Origin: Octopus vulgaris
Taxonomy: Eukaryota
Assembly: GCA_951406725.2 (NCBI GenBank)
Contig: OX597823.1
Coordinates: 96,844,001 to 96,908,000 of the forward strand
DNA length: 64,000 bases
Direction: 5' to 3'
The notes below the pieces were generated by a model. The model had not been told where the DNA came from and did not search any database. It saw only the letters and a list, made by a program, of their open reading frames with translations. Made by a program: the position numbers and the translations under genes. Shown here one piece after another: positions 40,190 to 53,318 of the stretch (position 1 is the first letter of the stretch; each line of letters begins with the position of its first letter).

Positions 40190-43100
40190 TAGATAGATAG
40201 ATATAGATATGTAGATATATGTATGTGTGTCTGTGTTTGTCCCCCCCACCATTGCTTGACAACTGATGTTAGTGTGTTTACATCACCGTAACTTAGTGGT
40301 TCGGCAAAAGAGACTCGTTGAATAAGTACTATGCTTACAAAGAATAAGTCCTGGGGTCGATTTGTTTTGACTAAAAGGTGGTGCTCCAGCATGGTCGCAG
40401 TCAAATGACTGAAACAGGTAAAAGATAAAAGATAATAAACAGCAATATTTTCTTTTTTTTTATATATATATTTTATTTACTATATTTGATGGTGTGAAAG
40501 ATTCGCTTTTTTCCAAATAAAAATACCTCAGAAAAATCACCCCTGGTCCTATATGCAAAGCAGAGCTTAGATTGCTTTAAGTATTCATGTTATAATACAC
40601 TAAAGCATTTTTTCTTGAATATATGCTGCTGAAATGGGGATGCTGTAATATGCCCATGTGTCTTTTATGCAGCCAAATATGGTATTTTTCAATTCTTTTT
40701 GCATGAAATTTCAAATTAATAAACCAGCTGTTGTAATTCTAAAATCTAGGAGAGTACAAAAATCTGAAATGGATATTAAGATGTTGAATGGAAATTTTGT
40801 TAGAAATTCAAATATTGAATAATATTCCTTCAGTATTTCAAATAAACTGGTGCAAGCATGGCTGTGCAGTTAAGTTTCCTTCCCAACCATGTGGTTTTGA
40901 GTTCAGTCCCAGTTCACAGGTTGGTCAAAGCCTTGCGAGTGAATTTGGTAGGCAGAAACTGAAAGGCAGCAAGATGGCAGATACATTAGCAAGCCAGGTG
41001 AAATGCTTAGCAGTATTTCGTCCAACTTTTTGTTCTGAGTTCAAATTCTGCCAAAGTTGACTTTGCCTTTCATCCTTTCAGAGTCAATTAAATAAGTAGC
41101 AATTACGCACTGGGGTCAATATAATCAACTTAATCTGTTTGTCTGTCCTTGTTTGTCCCCTTGGTATGTAACCCCTTGTAGGCAGTAAAGAAATAAGAAA
41201 CTGAAAGAAGCCTGTTGTGTGTATGTATATATATTTATGTGTGTGTGTCCTTGTCTTGACATCATATACTGCTTGTAAAGTGTTGTTCATTCCCAATTTT
41301 CCATGAAGAAAAGCCTGACCATTAGAAAATATTGCTAGAAAACAGGTGAGGATTGTTTCAAGACAGGCATCTGACCAAGAAATCTGCCTCAACAAGTTTC
41401 ATCCAACCCATGCAAGAATGGAAGAGGGATGTTAAAATGATGCTGGTTGTAATGCCATGCCACTGGTGTCACTACTGTTTTACTCTCTATGCTTACGTGG
41501 ATCGGATGAAATTCATTGATGCAGATTTTCTATGGCTGGATGCTCCTTGCTATCACCAACACTTACTTGTTCCCAGGTAAGGTAATATTTCTATCATAAG
41601 CAGACACGTTTTTCATAGAAAACTGGAAACAAAGAACTCCATTTGTATGATGGTGATATCTGTTTACAGGTATTACACGATGTCAAAACAAGGCATCACT
41701 TTCAGCCAAGTTTGACTTTGCCTTTCATCCGTTTGGAGTCGATAAATTAAGTATCAGTTTCATACTGAGGTTGATCTAATCGACTGGCCCCCTCCCCAAA
41801 AATTTCAGGCCTTGTACCTAGAGTAGAAAAGAATGTCTGCTCACATCTTCTCAATCAGTCGTTGCAAAATTTTGGGCCTTGTGCCTAGAGTAGAAAAGAC
41901 AAGGCGTCACAAACATGCATGTACAGACACTTACACATACATATGTATGTGTGTTGTGTGTGTATGTGTGTGTGTGTGTGTGTGCATGTGTGTCTGTACA
42001 TCCTTGTGTGTTATGTGTGTGTGTGATTATTTGTGTTATGTACACACACACACACACACAAAATCAGCTTCTTTCAGTTTTCATCTACGAAATCCATTCA
42101 GAAGGCTTTTCTTGGCCCAGGGCTTTAGTAAGAGATACTTGCCCAAGGTGCCATGCAGTGGAACAGAACCTAAAATCAACTGCAGAATGACCTTCTTAAA
42201 CAGACAGCACTGCCTGCATCCAACCACATAACCTCTGACTGCATCAATAGAAGACGGGGGCCAAACATGAAACCTGTATGGTACTAAGTTCAGAGTAATT
42301 TGGCTGTTTATACATCTAGGATCATTTCCTTTACCCTCAGTCAGTTTTCCTTACTAAATTTTGATGAGATATCTCATTTGGTAATTCCTTAGAATGGTAA
42401 TCAGTTCCAAGTCTTTTCTGGGTCAAAATCATCATTAATAGAATAACATCCCCGATTAAGCTAACCTAATCTTGGAATAAATATGTCAGATTTGGTTCAA
42501 TTATAGAAATTGATGAAGTCTGACCTATAAACATTATATTGACCTATAAATATATTCTTAGATGAGGTGGGGGATTTAAGAAAGATTCGTATCTGCCCTA
42601 CTTTAAACGAATAATTTTTGTAAAATTGGTGCAGACATGGAGAAGTTTGTCTCCCAATCCCTTAGTCTCAGGCTCATTCCCACTGCATGGCACTTTTCGT
42701 GATGTCATCATCATCATCATCATCATTTAACGTTTGCTTTCCATGCTAGCATGGGTTGGACGATTTGACTGAGGTCTGGCGAACCAGACTCCAATCTGAT
42801 CTGGCAGAGTTTCTACAGCTGGATGCCCTTCCTAACGCCAACCACTCTGAGAGTGTAGTGGGAGCTTTTATGTGCCACCGGCACGAGGGCTAGTTTGGTG
42901 GTACTGGCAACGGCCACGCCCACTTGTAAATGAGTGCCACTCTCATGCAAGCAGTGTTCCTCCTTTCCTTCATTTCCAATATTCTACATGAACAACATCT
43001 GGCCATGGAGAAATATTGCCTTGCTTAGAAACAAGTGAGGTTTGGTGACAGGATGGGCATCTGATGAAAAAAAATCTAATTGTAAGTAGTGGTGGTGGTG

Positions 43101-44511
43101 GTGGTGGTGGTGCTGCTGCTGCTGCTGTATTTGATGTTGTTGTTGTTGTTGAGCTGTCAGAATCATTACTACTTCAGGCAAAATGCTTACCAACATTTCG
43201 TCCATTTTTACATTCTGAGTTCAAATTCCTCTAAGGTTGTCTTTATCTTTCATCCTGTCAGGGTCAGTAGAATAAGTACCAGCCAAGTACAAGGGTTGAT
43301 GTAATCGACTTTTCCCTCCCCTCAAATACTGCTGGACTCATGCCAAAGTACGTCAGAGAATACTGTGACTTCTGTGGGTCAAATTATTAAAGAAAATCTA
43401 TGGATATCCGTTTGTTCAGCAGCAGAACGTAGGCAGAGCCTCTCAAAGACATCTAAGCATAACATATTATTATTTGCAGATTTTACATGATTCACTAAGA
43501 TGACTATTGCTACACTGTCTTCTGTATTCATTGATCCTAAAAATCTGCAAAAAAGAAATATATAATTTGAGCTGCTTTTATTAAAACTGTAACTGACTTT
43601 ACGTCCACCCTGTACGCTGTAAAATTCTATGTAACTAGCAAAGGAATTCTTGTCTTATTTTAATTTTACTTTTTGTTGTTGCTGATATTTAGTTTGTGCT
43701 GAAGGCAGGAATATGAATGCATTCCTCTATCAAGATATGGCCTTCCTTGAAATTAAAGATTACTTTAGGTTACAAAATATCTTTGTTTTTCTTTCTTTGA
43801 CAAATTAGTTAAACTGAGAAATCTTTGATAAGCTCTCTCTCTCTCTCTTTCACTTATGGCTATATGTCTATTTTAACATTTATGTATCTGTGTTCCCAAT
43901 TACATAACGAGAGATTGATGTTATTTTAAATAACAACAACAATAATAATGGTTTTTAATTTTGGCACAAAGCCTGAGCAATAATAAAGGCCAGCGATTTT
44001 AGGGGAGAGGGTAAGTCGATTACATTAACGTCAGTGCTTAATTAGTACTATATTCTTTTGACCCTAAAAGGATGAGAGGCAAAGTTGACCTCTACGGGAT
44101 TTGAGCTCAGAACATAAAGAGGCGGAAGAAATGCTGTTCAGCATTTTTTCTAATGTACCAACAATTCTGCCATCTCATTGCCTTAATAATAATAATAATC
44201 ATAATAATAATAATAATAATAATAATAAATTATAATAATGATAATAAACGCCCTGATGCAGTACCAGGCAGTGGCTCTCATGGCTTCTCATCTTAACTGA
44301 TTGGAAGTGTTATCATGTACATTGTTTTGTCTTGGTATAAAAGATGGGCTACAGCAAATATTCTGCTCAATACCACAGATTTGCTTGTCAGCTGTTTGAC
44401 CGTAACCAGTTGAGCATGTCCCTTAGTGGCTGATGATATGTGCATCTCTGATCACGAGCAGATGTAGTGGGGGAGCATCATAGCCATGTGTTGAGAGGGA
44501 TTCTTTGGGGT

Positions 44512-45938
44512 TAGTTAAGTTAAGTTAAGTTAATTTTTTGGCTCAAAAAGCAAAAAGCAAGGCCATGTAGGGGGACATGGAGTTATGTACAGGGTGGTGT
44601 TCATGCAAAGAGTTCAGGCCATTTGTGGTCAAGGGAGACTTTGAACCGAGCGGTCGTCGGCATCTTCACTCTCTTGTCCGGCAGCTTATTCCATGGATCC
44701 GCAACCCAGACGGAGAAAGCCCCTCTCCTTTGATTGAGATGAAATCGTCGCAGATAGAGCTTTTCGGAGTGACCCCGCAGCCGACGTTCTGGAGCAGGAG
44801 TGAAGAACAGCTCTTTCGAGAGGTTACACTTTCCGCTTATGATGTTGTGAGCAAGAATGAGATCACCACGGCGTCGTCGTTTTTCTAGAGAATAAAGGTC
44901 GAGTGTCTTCAGCCTTTCTTCATAAGACAAATGCTTGAGACCAAGAACCATGCGGGTAGCCAGCTTCTGGACCATTTCGAGATGATGTATGACTTTGAGG
45001 AGATAGGGAGAAGAGGCTTGAATCCCTTACTCCAATATGGGTCTCACCAGCGTGACATAGAGCGGTAGGAATATGGCTGCTGTGAGCATTCCGAATGACC
45101 GTCGAATCAAAAACAGAACTCCGCGTGCTTTGTTGGCAGCATGGACGCACTGTGCCAAAGGTGAAAAGGAAGTATCCACCAAGATACCTAGGTCCTTTAC
45201 CTGGTCGGTCCTCTCCAGCAGCAGACGACCTAGCTCGAAATCAAGTTGAGTTGCAGGAGAAGAGCCAACAGGCAGATGACAGCACTTTGACTCGTTCAGA
45301 CACAGGTCCCATTCGTTAGACCATCTCCAAACTTGGTGGAGGTATCAACAAAGATCCTCTATATCACCGCGAGGAGCGACCAGTTTGACATCATCGGCAA
45401 ATAGAAGGGTGTGTTGCGTGAGGTCGTCGGGCAAGTCATTTATGAAGACTAAGAACAATAAGGGCCCAAGCACTGAACCTTGAGGCACACCACTGCTCGC
45501 ACTGGAGACGTCGGACAGCGAACCATTAACTTGGACTTGGAAGGAGCGATCTGAGAGGAAGGCACCAACCCATCGTACAATATCCGGATGAAAACTATAT
45601 GCTTTAAGCTTGACAAGTAATAGGCGGTGGTTTACCGAGTCAAAAGCTTTGGCAAAGTCCAATAAAACGATGTCAACAGCATCACCATCATCGAGGATAC
45701 GCGTCACCAATTCTTCCATTACCAGTAAGTTGGTCAAGCATGATCTCTTCGGCACGAAGCCGTGTTGGGAATCAGAGATAGAGGCTGTGTTTTGGAGGTG
45801 GAGCAACATACTTTTCTTGAGGATGGTTTCGAACATCTTGCTGATTATTGAAGTAAGGGAAACCGGTCGGTAGTTAAGCGAGACTTCACGGCTCCCTTTC
45901 TTGAAAATTGGGCAGATTATCGCTGTTCTCCAGTCCGT
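44512..45938 (-). mobile_element. 5'-truncated CR1-clade LINE
   Basis: PIFKKG..NYRPVSLTS, QHGF..RSCLTNL, LDFAKAFDSV, SGVPQGSVLGPLLF, LFADD and C-terminal LERVQ-like/RRRGDLI motifs, with frameshifts. Short (TAACT)n-type tail at ~44512-44533. Confidence 0.93.
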
Positions 45939-46228
45939 GAATAATTCATCTCTGGAAACATGGATGTTTTGTTCAACATCCTTAAACAACCCTTATTCAG
46001 GGACCTTTTGAGTGGGATAGGCTACTCGACCAGAAGAAAATTCTAACTGGGCCCCACCTGCAAGGTCATGTGCTGTTTATCTTGATATGAGATCACCATG
46101 TTGTGCTCATATGGTTGTGATGCATGTGCCTGGTGTACCCTTATCAGATGGGTAGTCATAATGGGTATATTGGACTTTGTATATTTTACCCCTGTGTCAC
46201 TTTGATAGCATGCACTGCTCTCTCACTC

Positions 46229-46275
<47 letters not shown>

Positions 46276-46279
46276 AATA

Positions 46280-46830
46280 CATAGCACAAATAGGGGCTTC
46301 AATAAGAGTGGAGCATTTGCAGAAAACAGCACTGCTTGGAACCACTCGAATACTCCGGATGGTGCTCGAAAAATAAGAGGTGTTACCTTAGTTCACTGGT
46401 AGTGAACAGCTGACACTGTAGTACATCTCCAGCATTAGAAGCTGTGCAAAGGCAATAAATAATAATAATAATAATAATCCTTTGTACTATAGGCACAAGG
46501 CCTGAAATTTGGGGGAGCGAGATAGTCAATTACTTTGACCCCAGTACTCCAATGGTACTTATTCTATTGACCCCCCAAGAGAATGAAAAGCAAAGTTGAC
46601 TTCATCAGAGTTTGAACTCAGACCATAAAGAGAGATGAAATGCTGCTAAGCATTTTGCCTGGTGTGCTATCAATTCTACCAGCTTGTCAGCTTAATAATA
46701 ATAATAATAATAAGAAGAAGAAGAAACATCTTGAAAACATCCCAGGAGGCCCATGTCCCAGAAAGATCCAAAAGATTATGCTGACAAGTATTGCCCACAT
46801 CCTTAGAAAAACCCCATCAGTTTAAATGTT
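46280..46830 (+). mobile_element. Two Dong/R4-like 3' terminal fragments in (AAT)n
   Basis: EHLQKTALLGTTRILRMVLEK* (~46311-46376) and KHLENIPGGPCPRKIQKIMLTSIAHILRKTPSV* (~46724-46825), typical R4-clade C-termini. SINE sequence lies between them. Confidence 0.7.
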
Positions 46831-48683
46831 TGTGTTGTATTAGATGAAAATATTTCACTACTGCCCTTGCCACTTCCCCTCCCCAAGCTTTTGGTCATAC
46901 TGTAACATCTCTTATCCTTCATTTGGGTGCTAGGCATGTCTTGGCAAGTGATTGTAATAAACATGCAGATTAAAAGTAAACAACAACAACAATAATAATA
47001 ATGTTGTTTTTTTTTCTTTATTACTTACTGAGCAACTTAATCCTTCCTTCCATCAGCTCCTTACAACACTTTTGGATGGCACGGACCTCTCTCTCTATAT
47101 ATATGTCAAACAGTAGGCCTACTGACTTTCATTAGTTGATTTTTGCTCCTGTTACTGTCTCATAGTTCCTTATAGCCAAGCCAATTATCACAGTGTCCTT
47201 GGTCTCCATCCACTTTGTGACCCCATTAATCTTCTCACCACTGCTGAATGGACTCAAAGAGAAACAATTGTTGCGAAATGAAACAAAAGCAAATGAACAA
47301 CATATTGTTTAAGTTAATTAGATGCCAAACAATGTAATTAGAAATTGTATTATTATTACTGATTAGATTTAAAATAAAAGAATTTTTAAACAGTCAATAT
47401 ATATTCTTAAATGAATCATACAGCCACATGCACTGTTTAAACAGAAACTAAAATTTAATACTGTAGTCTATCTACGGTATCTTATTTTATTTTTTGATGC
47501 CTGCATATCTCATCTTGTTTAAATGTAAATGCATACGGCCATTTTTCTGTTCATAGCTATTAGGTTAACCAACAATTAGTTAAATGTAAGACAAATGATA
47601 GATGGGTCTGTGTGTGGGATATTTCTTTTATTTATTCTGTAGAGATTTTTACGCCAATGTAAAATATATGTTCATACATTTGTATAACACATGTTATTTC
47701 TTGTTTATCAGATTTCTTTTTTCTTTACCATGTTACAAGGTTGTTTCCTGTTTTGCTCATACAGCAAATAATGAAGAAATAAAACAGTTATTTGTTTATG
47801 AATTCGGTTACTGTCTTACTTTTCCATCCAGAGGGCTGCGGCCATACTGGGGCAGTGACAGTTATAATAATAATAATAATGATTTCAAATTTGGTACAGG
47901 GCCAGCAATTCTGGGAGAGGGGTTAAGTAGATTCCATGCCCCCCCTCCCCAACACACACACAGTGCTCAACTGGTACTTAATCTATCAATTCCAAAAGAA
48001 TGAAAAGCAAAGCTGACCCCCATGAAATTTAAACTCAGAACATAAAGACAAATGAAATGCTACTGAGCATTTTGCCCACAGTGCTAACGATTCTGCCATT
48101 ATGATGACAATGACGCCGCCGACGACGACTGATTGGAAGTGTTATCATGTACATTGTTTTGTCTTGGTATAAAAGATGGGCTACAGCAAATATTCTGCTC
48201 AATACCACAGATTTGCTTGTCAGTTGTTTGACCGTAACCAGTTGAGCGTGTCCCTTATGTGCATCTCTGATCACAAGCAGAAGTAGCTGAGGAGCAAAAT
48301 AGCCATGTCTTGAGAGGAATTCTTTGGGATTTAGTTAATTCACCTCTGGAGACATGGGTGTTTTGTTCAACATCCTTAAATAACCCTTATTCAGGGACCT
48401 TTTGAGTGGAATGGGTTACTTGACCAGAAGAAAAATCTAACTGGGCCCCACCTGTAAGGTCATGTGCTGTTTATCTTGAAATGAGATCACCACGTCGCAC
48501 ACATATGGTTGTGATGCATGTGCCTAGTGTACCCTTATCCGACGGGTAGTCATGATGGGTATACCCCAGTGTCACATTGATGGCATGCACTGCTCTCTCC
48601 CTCAATGATGATGATGATGATGACGATGATGATGTTGATGAGGAGTTAACTAATTAAGCATTCATTTTTTTTTTTCTATCTAG

Positions 48684-48770
48684 GTGGAATAATTTTGTTT
48701 CCCAATGTAGGACCAAACCCTGATGGAAAGCCTATGTTACTGTCGTCTAACATTGATAACAATTATGCTG
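48684..48770 (+). CDS. Integrin alpha exon E
   Basis: Poly-T and ctAG acceptor, G|GTAAGT donor. (G)GIILFPNVGPNPDGKPMLLSSNIDNNYA(G) ends at the 'SYLG|Y' equivalent. Phase 1 in and out. Confidence 0.87.
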
Positions 48771-48842
48771 GTAAGTCTACTTGTTTTCCTGTTTCACTTT
48801 CATTCATTTCACTCTTCTTTTCAAGAGGACAATTTTCTTAAT

Positions 48843-49188
48843 TACAGAGATGTACTTGCATAGCAAGTGACCTGATCTGAGATCGTGTGCTGAAACAAAA
48901 ATAATTGCAGCGTGGAAAGGTGTTTATAAGCAATTTAAGAAATACACAAAAATCGTTAGATTCACTCCAACATTTAAATTTAATTTGCCAAAATATTTTC
49001 AGCGCTTTGAAACCACGACCTATTCACTGACAAAATTTTGTGCTGCACAGAATTTTGTCAGTGAATAGGTCGTGGTTTTAAATTGACGGAAATATTTTGG
49101 CAAATTAAATTTAAATGTTGAAGTGAATCTAACGATTTTTGTGTATTTCTTAAATTGTTTATAAACACCTTCCATGTGGCAATTATTT
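48843..49188. mobile_element. Short Penelope-like insertion forming a long inverted repeat, with a 12-bp TSD
   Basis: AATTTTCTTAAT at 48831-48842 and 49189-49200. Arms 48899-49043 and 49045-49188. Each arm has a hammerhead-like layout. Confidence 0.75.
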
Positions 49189-52129
49189 AATTTTCTTAAT
49201 ATATTCTATATAATTCTATTGGTGCAAGCATGGCTGTGTGGTTTAGTAGTTTGCTTCCCAATCATATGGTTTCAGGTTCATGCCCACTGTATGACACCTC
49301 AGGCAAATGTCTTCTGCTATTGCCCCTGGCTGACCAAAACCTTGTGAGCAGATTTGACAGATGGAATACAAACTCATCTACCCATACTGCTAGTACCTCT
49401 GCTACCCACCTTGTACCTTAAGATCCCACCTGAACTTGCAGCTTCTACTGATCATTGCAGGCTGCAAGGCAACCTCACTAGTGCTGGTAGCGCAGAAAAA
49501 GTACTCAATACAAGCTGTGAAGTGGTTGGCATTAGAAAGTGTATCCAGCCATAGAAACCATGCCAAAGCAAACACTGGAACATGATGCATTCATGGGACT
49601 TGTTGGATTCAGTCAATCCTGTCAAATCATCCAACCCATGCCAGTATGGATCATGGATGTTAAAAATGAGGATGACAACAATGCTGATGACAATGATGGT
49701 GATGGTGGTGGTGATCATCATCATCATCATGGTCATCATCATCATGTCTTTTTTGTGTATTGTTGTTCTTGTTCTTGTTGTTTAGGAACAAATCAGTCTT
49801 GATCAATCTGACTTAAGGTCAAAGGTATCTCTTTTTATTCACTTTATTCAAAATCATAGTGTATCTAAGATTCCATTGTTCTTTTTGCAGTTATTTTAGA
49901 ATTAATAAAGTATGTTTGAGAAAGGTTTAGCTGTTGTCTTTAGCAAGCCAAATGACCACAGAAGGGCATTCAAGAGCGTTCATATATACATGGTTGTAGT
50001 GGCTGCTGTTGCTGTTGTTGTAATAGTTGTTGTTATTTAACCCCGTGTCAGAAGCCCTGAATGAGCAACCTATGATGAAGTGTAATCTAGCCATGACCAT
50101 CCTGTCTGCATTTTTTTCAGCAATTTTAAACATCATGTGACACTGACACCAATGGGAAAGCCTCTTAATGGCCATTTAGATTACTAGAAACAGCAGGCTG
50201 AAAAATAGACTAGCAGATGGTACATTCATGGCTGGATTACTCATAGTTACATCATCATCATCATCATCATCACCATTTAACGCCTGTTTTCTATACTGGC
50301 ATGGTTGGATGGTTTGACAGGAGGTGGTGATCTAGAAAGCTGCACCAGCCTCCAGTTGTCTGTTTTGGTATGGTTTCTATGGCTGGATGCCCTTCCTAAT
50401 GCCAACCACTTTACAGAGCGTAGTGGGGGAATTTTACAGAGTGCCAGCATGGGTGCCTTTTATGTGGCACTGGAACAGGTGCTTCCTTCCATGACACTAG
50501 CATAGATGCCTTTTATGGGGTGCCAACGTGAGCGCTCTGTATGTAGTGCTGGCACATATACTTTTTACATAGGTTCTTATTTCAATTAATTGTGAAAATA
50601 ATGAAGAATTTAATTGAATAACTATCGTTAAGGTCGTGTTTGTAAGAAATTAATATGAAATTTTGATGGAAGATTCCAATTCAAATTCCTTTAAAACAGG
50701 AAGTTTGCATCATAGAATCATAGAATCAGACGGGTTGGCATCAAAAATGTTGCAGTCTGGTTGTTTAGGCTTTTAATGTTGATGTATTTTTGTTGTGCTT
50801 CTTGTGTTTCAAGTGTTTTGAACAATGGAATGCATAATAAAACTAGCACATATGGAAATAGCTGCCCTGACATTAGAACTGCTATTTATCTGTATATTTT
50901 AATTAACACACATTCACACACATACATACATAATTACTTTAAAGAAGGTAGTTGTGTTAAGCCGGAACAATGTGAGAATGTACAAATTAAACAACAAAAT
51001 GAAAAGAAAACAGAACAAAGTTGCAGTTTTATCTTGTATTTCTATATTTCGGGATGAAGAGCCCTTCTTCAGGACATTTAGAAAAGCAGAGGCTGGAAAA
51101 AATTTGTTGTTCAGATGTGTGTGGGTGGAGGAGAGGGACAAAGGAGGAAGGTGATATGCGCAGGCTGTTGTTGCATACATACACATGCATATATATACAT
51201 CTGGTACTCTGTTAGTTATGACAGTGAGGGTTCCAGTTTATCTGATTGACAGAACAGCCTGCTCGGGAAATTAACATGCAAATGGCTGAACATTCCACAG
51301 ACAAATGTACTATTAACGTAGTTCTCAGAGAGATTCAGTGTAACACAAACTGTGACAAGGCTGGCCTCTTTGAAATACAGGTACTACTCATTTTTGCCAG
51401 CTGAGTGGACCGGAGCAACGTGAAATAAAGTGTCTTACTCAGGGACACAATGCATCGCCAGGAATTGAACTCACGACCTTATGATCATGAGTCGAATTCC
51501 TCTAACCACTAAGCCACGCATCTTCACTGCTGGCACACATATATATATATTGACATACATGTACACACACACACACAAATTCCACCAAAGTCAATTCTAT
51601 TTATCACCCCTCCAGGGGTACCAGTCACATACTGGTATCAACTTGCCCCCTCTTCTCAAGATTGTTATCCTTGGATCTAAATCAGAAACTGTTATCTATA
51701 ATTAATAGTTTGTGGGTGCAGATGTGGCTGTGTGGTGAAAGTTTGCTGTATAATCATATGGTTCCAGGTTCAGTCCCACCACATGGCACCTTGGGCACAT
51801 GTCTTCTGCTATAGCCAAGGGTCGACCAAAGCCTTGTGGAAGGATTTTGTAAACGGAAACTGAAAGAAATCTGTATTGTTGTGTGTGTGTATGTGTTGGT
51901 TTGATTATATCCCCATAACACTGTGGTTCAGAAAAAGAGGTCTTAGAATAAGTACTAAGCTCTAAAAACAAGTAGTAGGGTTGATTCATTTGACTAAAAC
52001 CCTTCCAGGTGGTGCTCCAGCATGGCTGCAGTCCTGTACTAAAACAAGTGGAAGATCTCAAAGATAGTAGCCATATACTTACTACATGCTCTCATTGCAC
52101 AACAAAATTCAATTCTATGTTCTTGTGTT

Positions 52130-52460
52130 AAGTGGACTATTTGGTTTTAGTTCTGCCCCTTCCATTGTATTGGAAATACCCAATGTGAACGTGTAGGCTG
52201 TACTTAGCAGCACACTTTTCTCTATGATGTTGATATTTGAACATCCTGGGGTTTCACTTATGCATTCACCTGCTTTAATTTTTATCAGACCCAAGACATT
52301 TTATTATCCAAGGGATTGTTTATGTCTTCAATCCTTACATTCCAGTTATCTATTTCCAGATCTTTTTATTTGGATAGCATCTTGATTTCTTTTGGTGATA
52401 CCTCGATGTCTGTAGGGACTGAAACTTCAATTAGAAGCCACTTTACTTATCTTGATAGTC
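52130..52460 (-). mobile_element. Dong/R4-like REL C-terminal remnant
   Basis: Minus-strand LLIEVSVPTDIEVSPKEIKML..KDLEI...LGLIK...ETPGCSNINIIEKSVLLSTAY, with frameshifts. Confidence 0.65.
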
Positions 52461-53154
52461 CTTAGAAAACCTTCGTGCTGCTGCTGCTGCTGCTGCTGTC
52501 ATTATTATTAGCAGGGGTTGCAGCCCTGTTAACCCTTTTTTTGTTATTAATATTTCTCTTGAAATGTGTTACCTTGTTTTAATTAATTTTGAAGATAATG
52601 AGGAATTTTGTAAAATAACAATGTTTTTATTAGTTTGGTATTTGGAACAAAAATTAACATAAAATTTTGGTGGGAAGTTTTGATTTAGATTCTTTCAAAC
52701 ATGAAATGTTTTTTAATCATAGAGCCAGGTGTTGTGTTGGGTGGATTGGTATCAAAAGTAGGCAAGGGAATTGGTTGACAGAATCTGTAGGGATGTATAA
52801 AATAAATCTTTATTGTTTGGAGAGTAGAATTACAGTAATGGTTGAACACTAGGGTGATATACATAGGAGTGTCTAAACATGAACCAACCAACAAAAGTCT
52901 TTATTTGGCCATGCAACCTGCTAGAAATATCAGGTAAAATTACTTCATATTAATCCCTGCAATCTTAAAAAATAATGGCTCATTGGATAATGTAGTCCTG
53001 GATAAATAAGAGGTTGTGTGTGTTGTCACAACGAAGATATTCAAACTTCTTGTAGGGATATTTATCCAAGATACACTGGTTTGATATTTTAAATTTTGAA
53101 GATATAATCCTTCAATGAATATATTATATTGAATATTGTAAGATATCAGACAAT

Positions 53155-53318
53155 TTTATTGAGTTAGAAAAGAGAGAGAGAGCTAACGGATACAAATTGA
53201 TTTATTAATTAATCAGCACATTCACCAACAATTGTTTCATTTCGTTTTGGTGAATATGTTGATTAATTAATAAATCAATTTGTATCCATTTGATCTCTCT
53301 CTTTTCTAACTCAATAAA
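53155..53318. repeat. Inverted repeat (~73-bp arms, ~18-nt spacer)
   Basis: TTTATTGAGTTAGAAAAGAGAGA...TTCACCAA pairs with TTGGTGAA...TCTCTCTTTTCTAACTCAATAAA. Confidence 0.9.
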
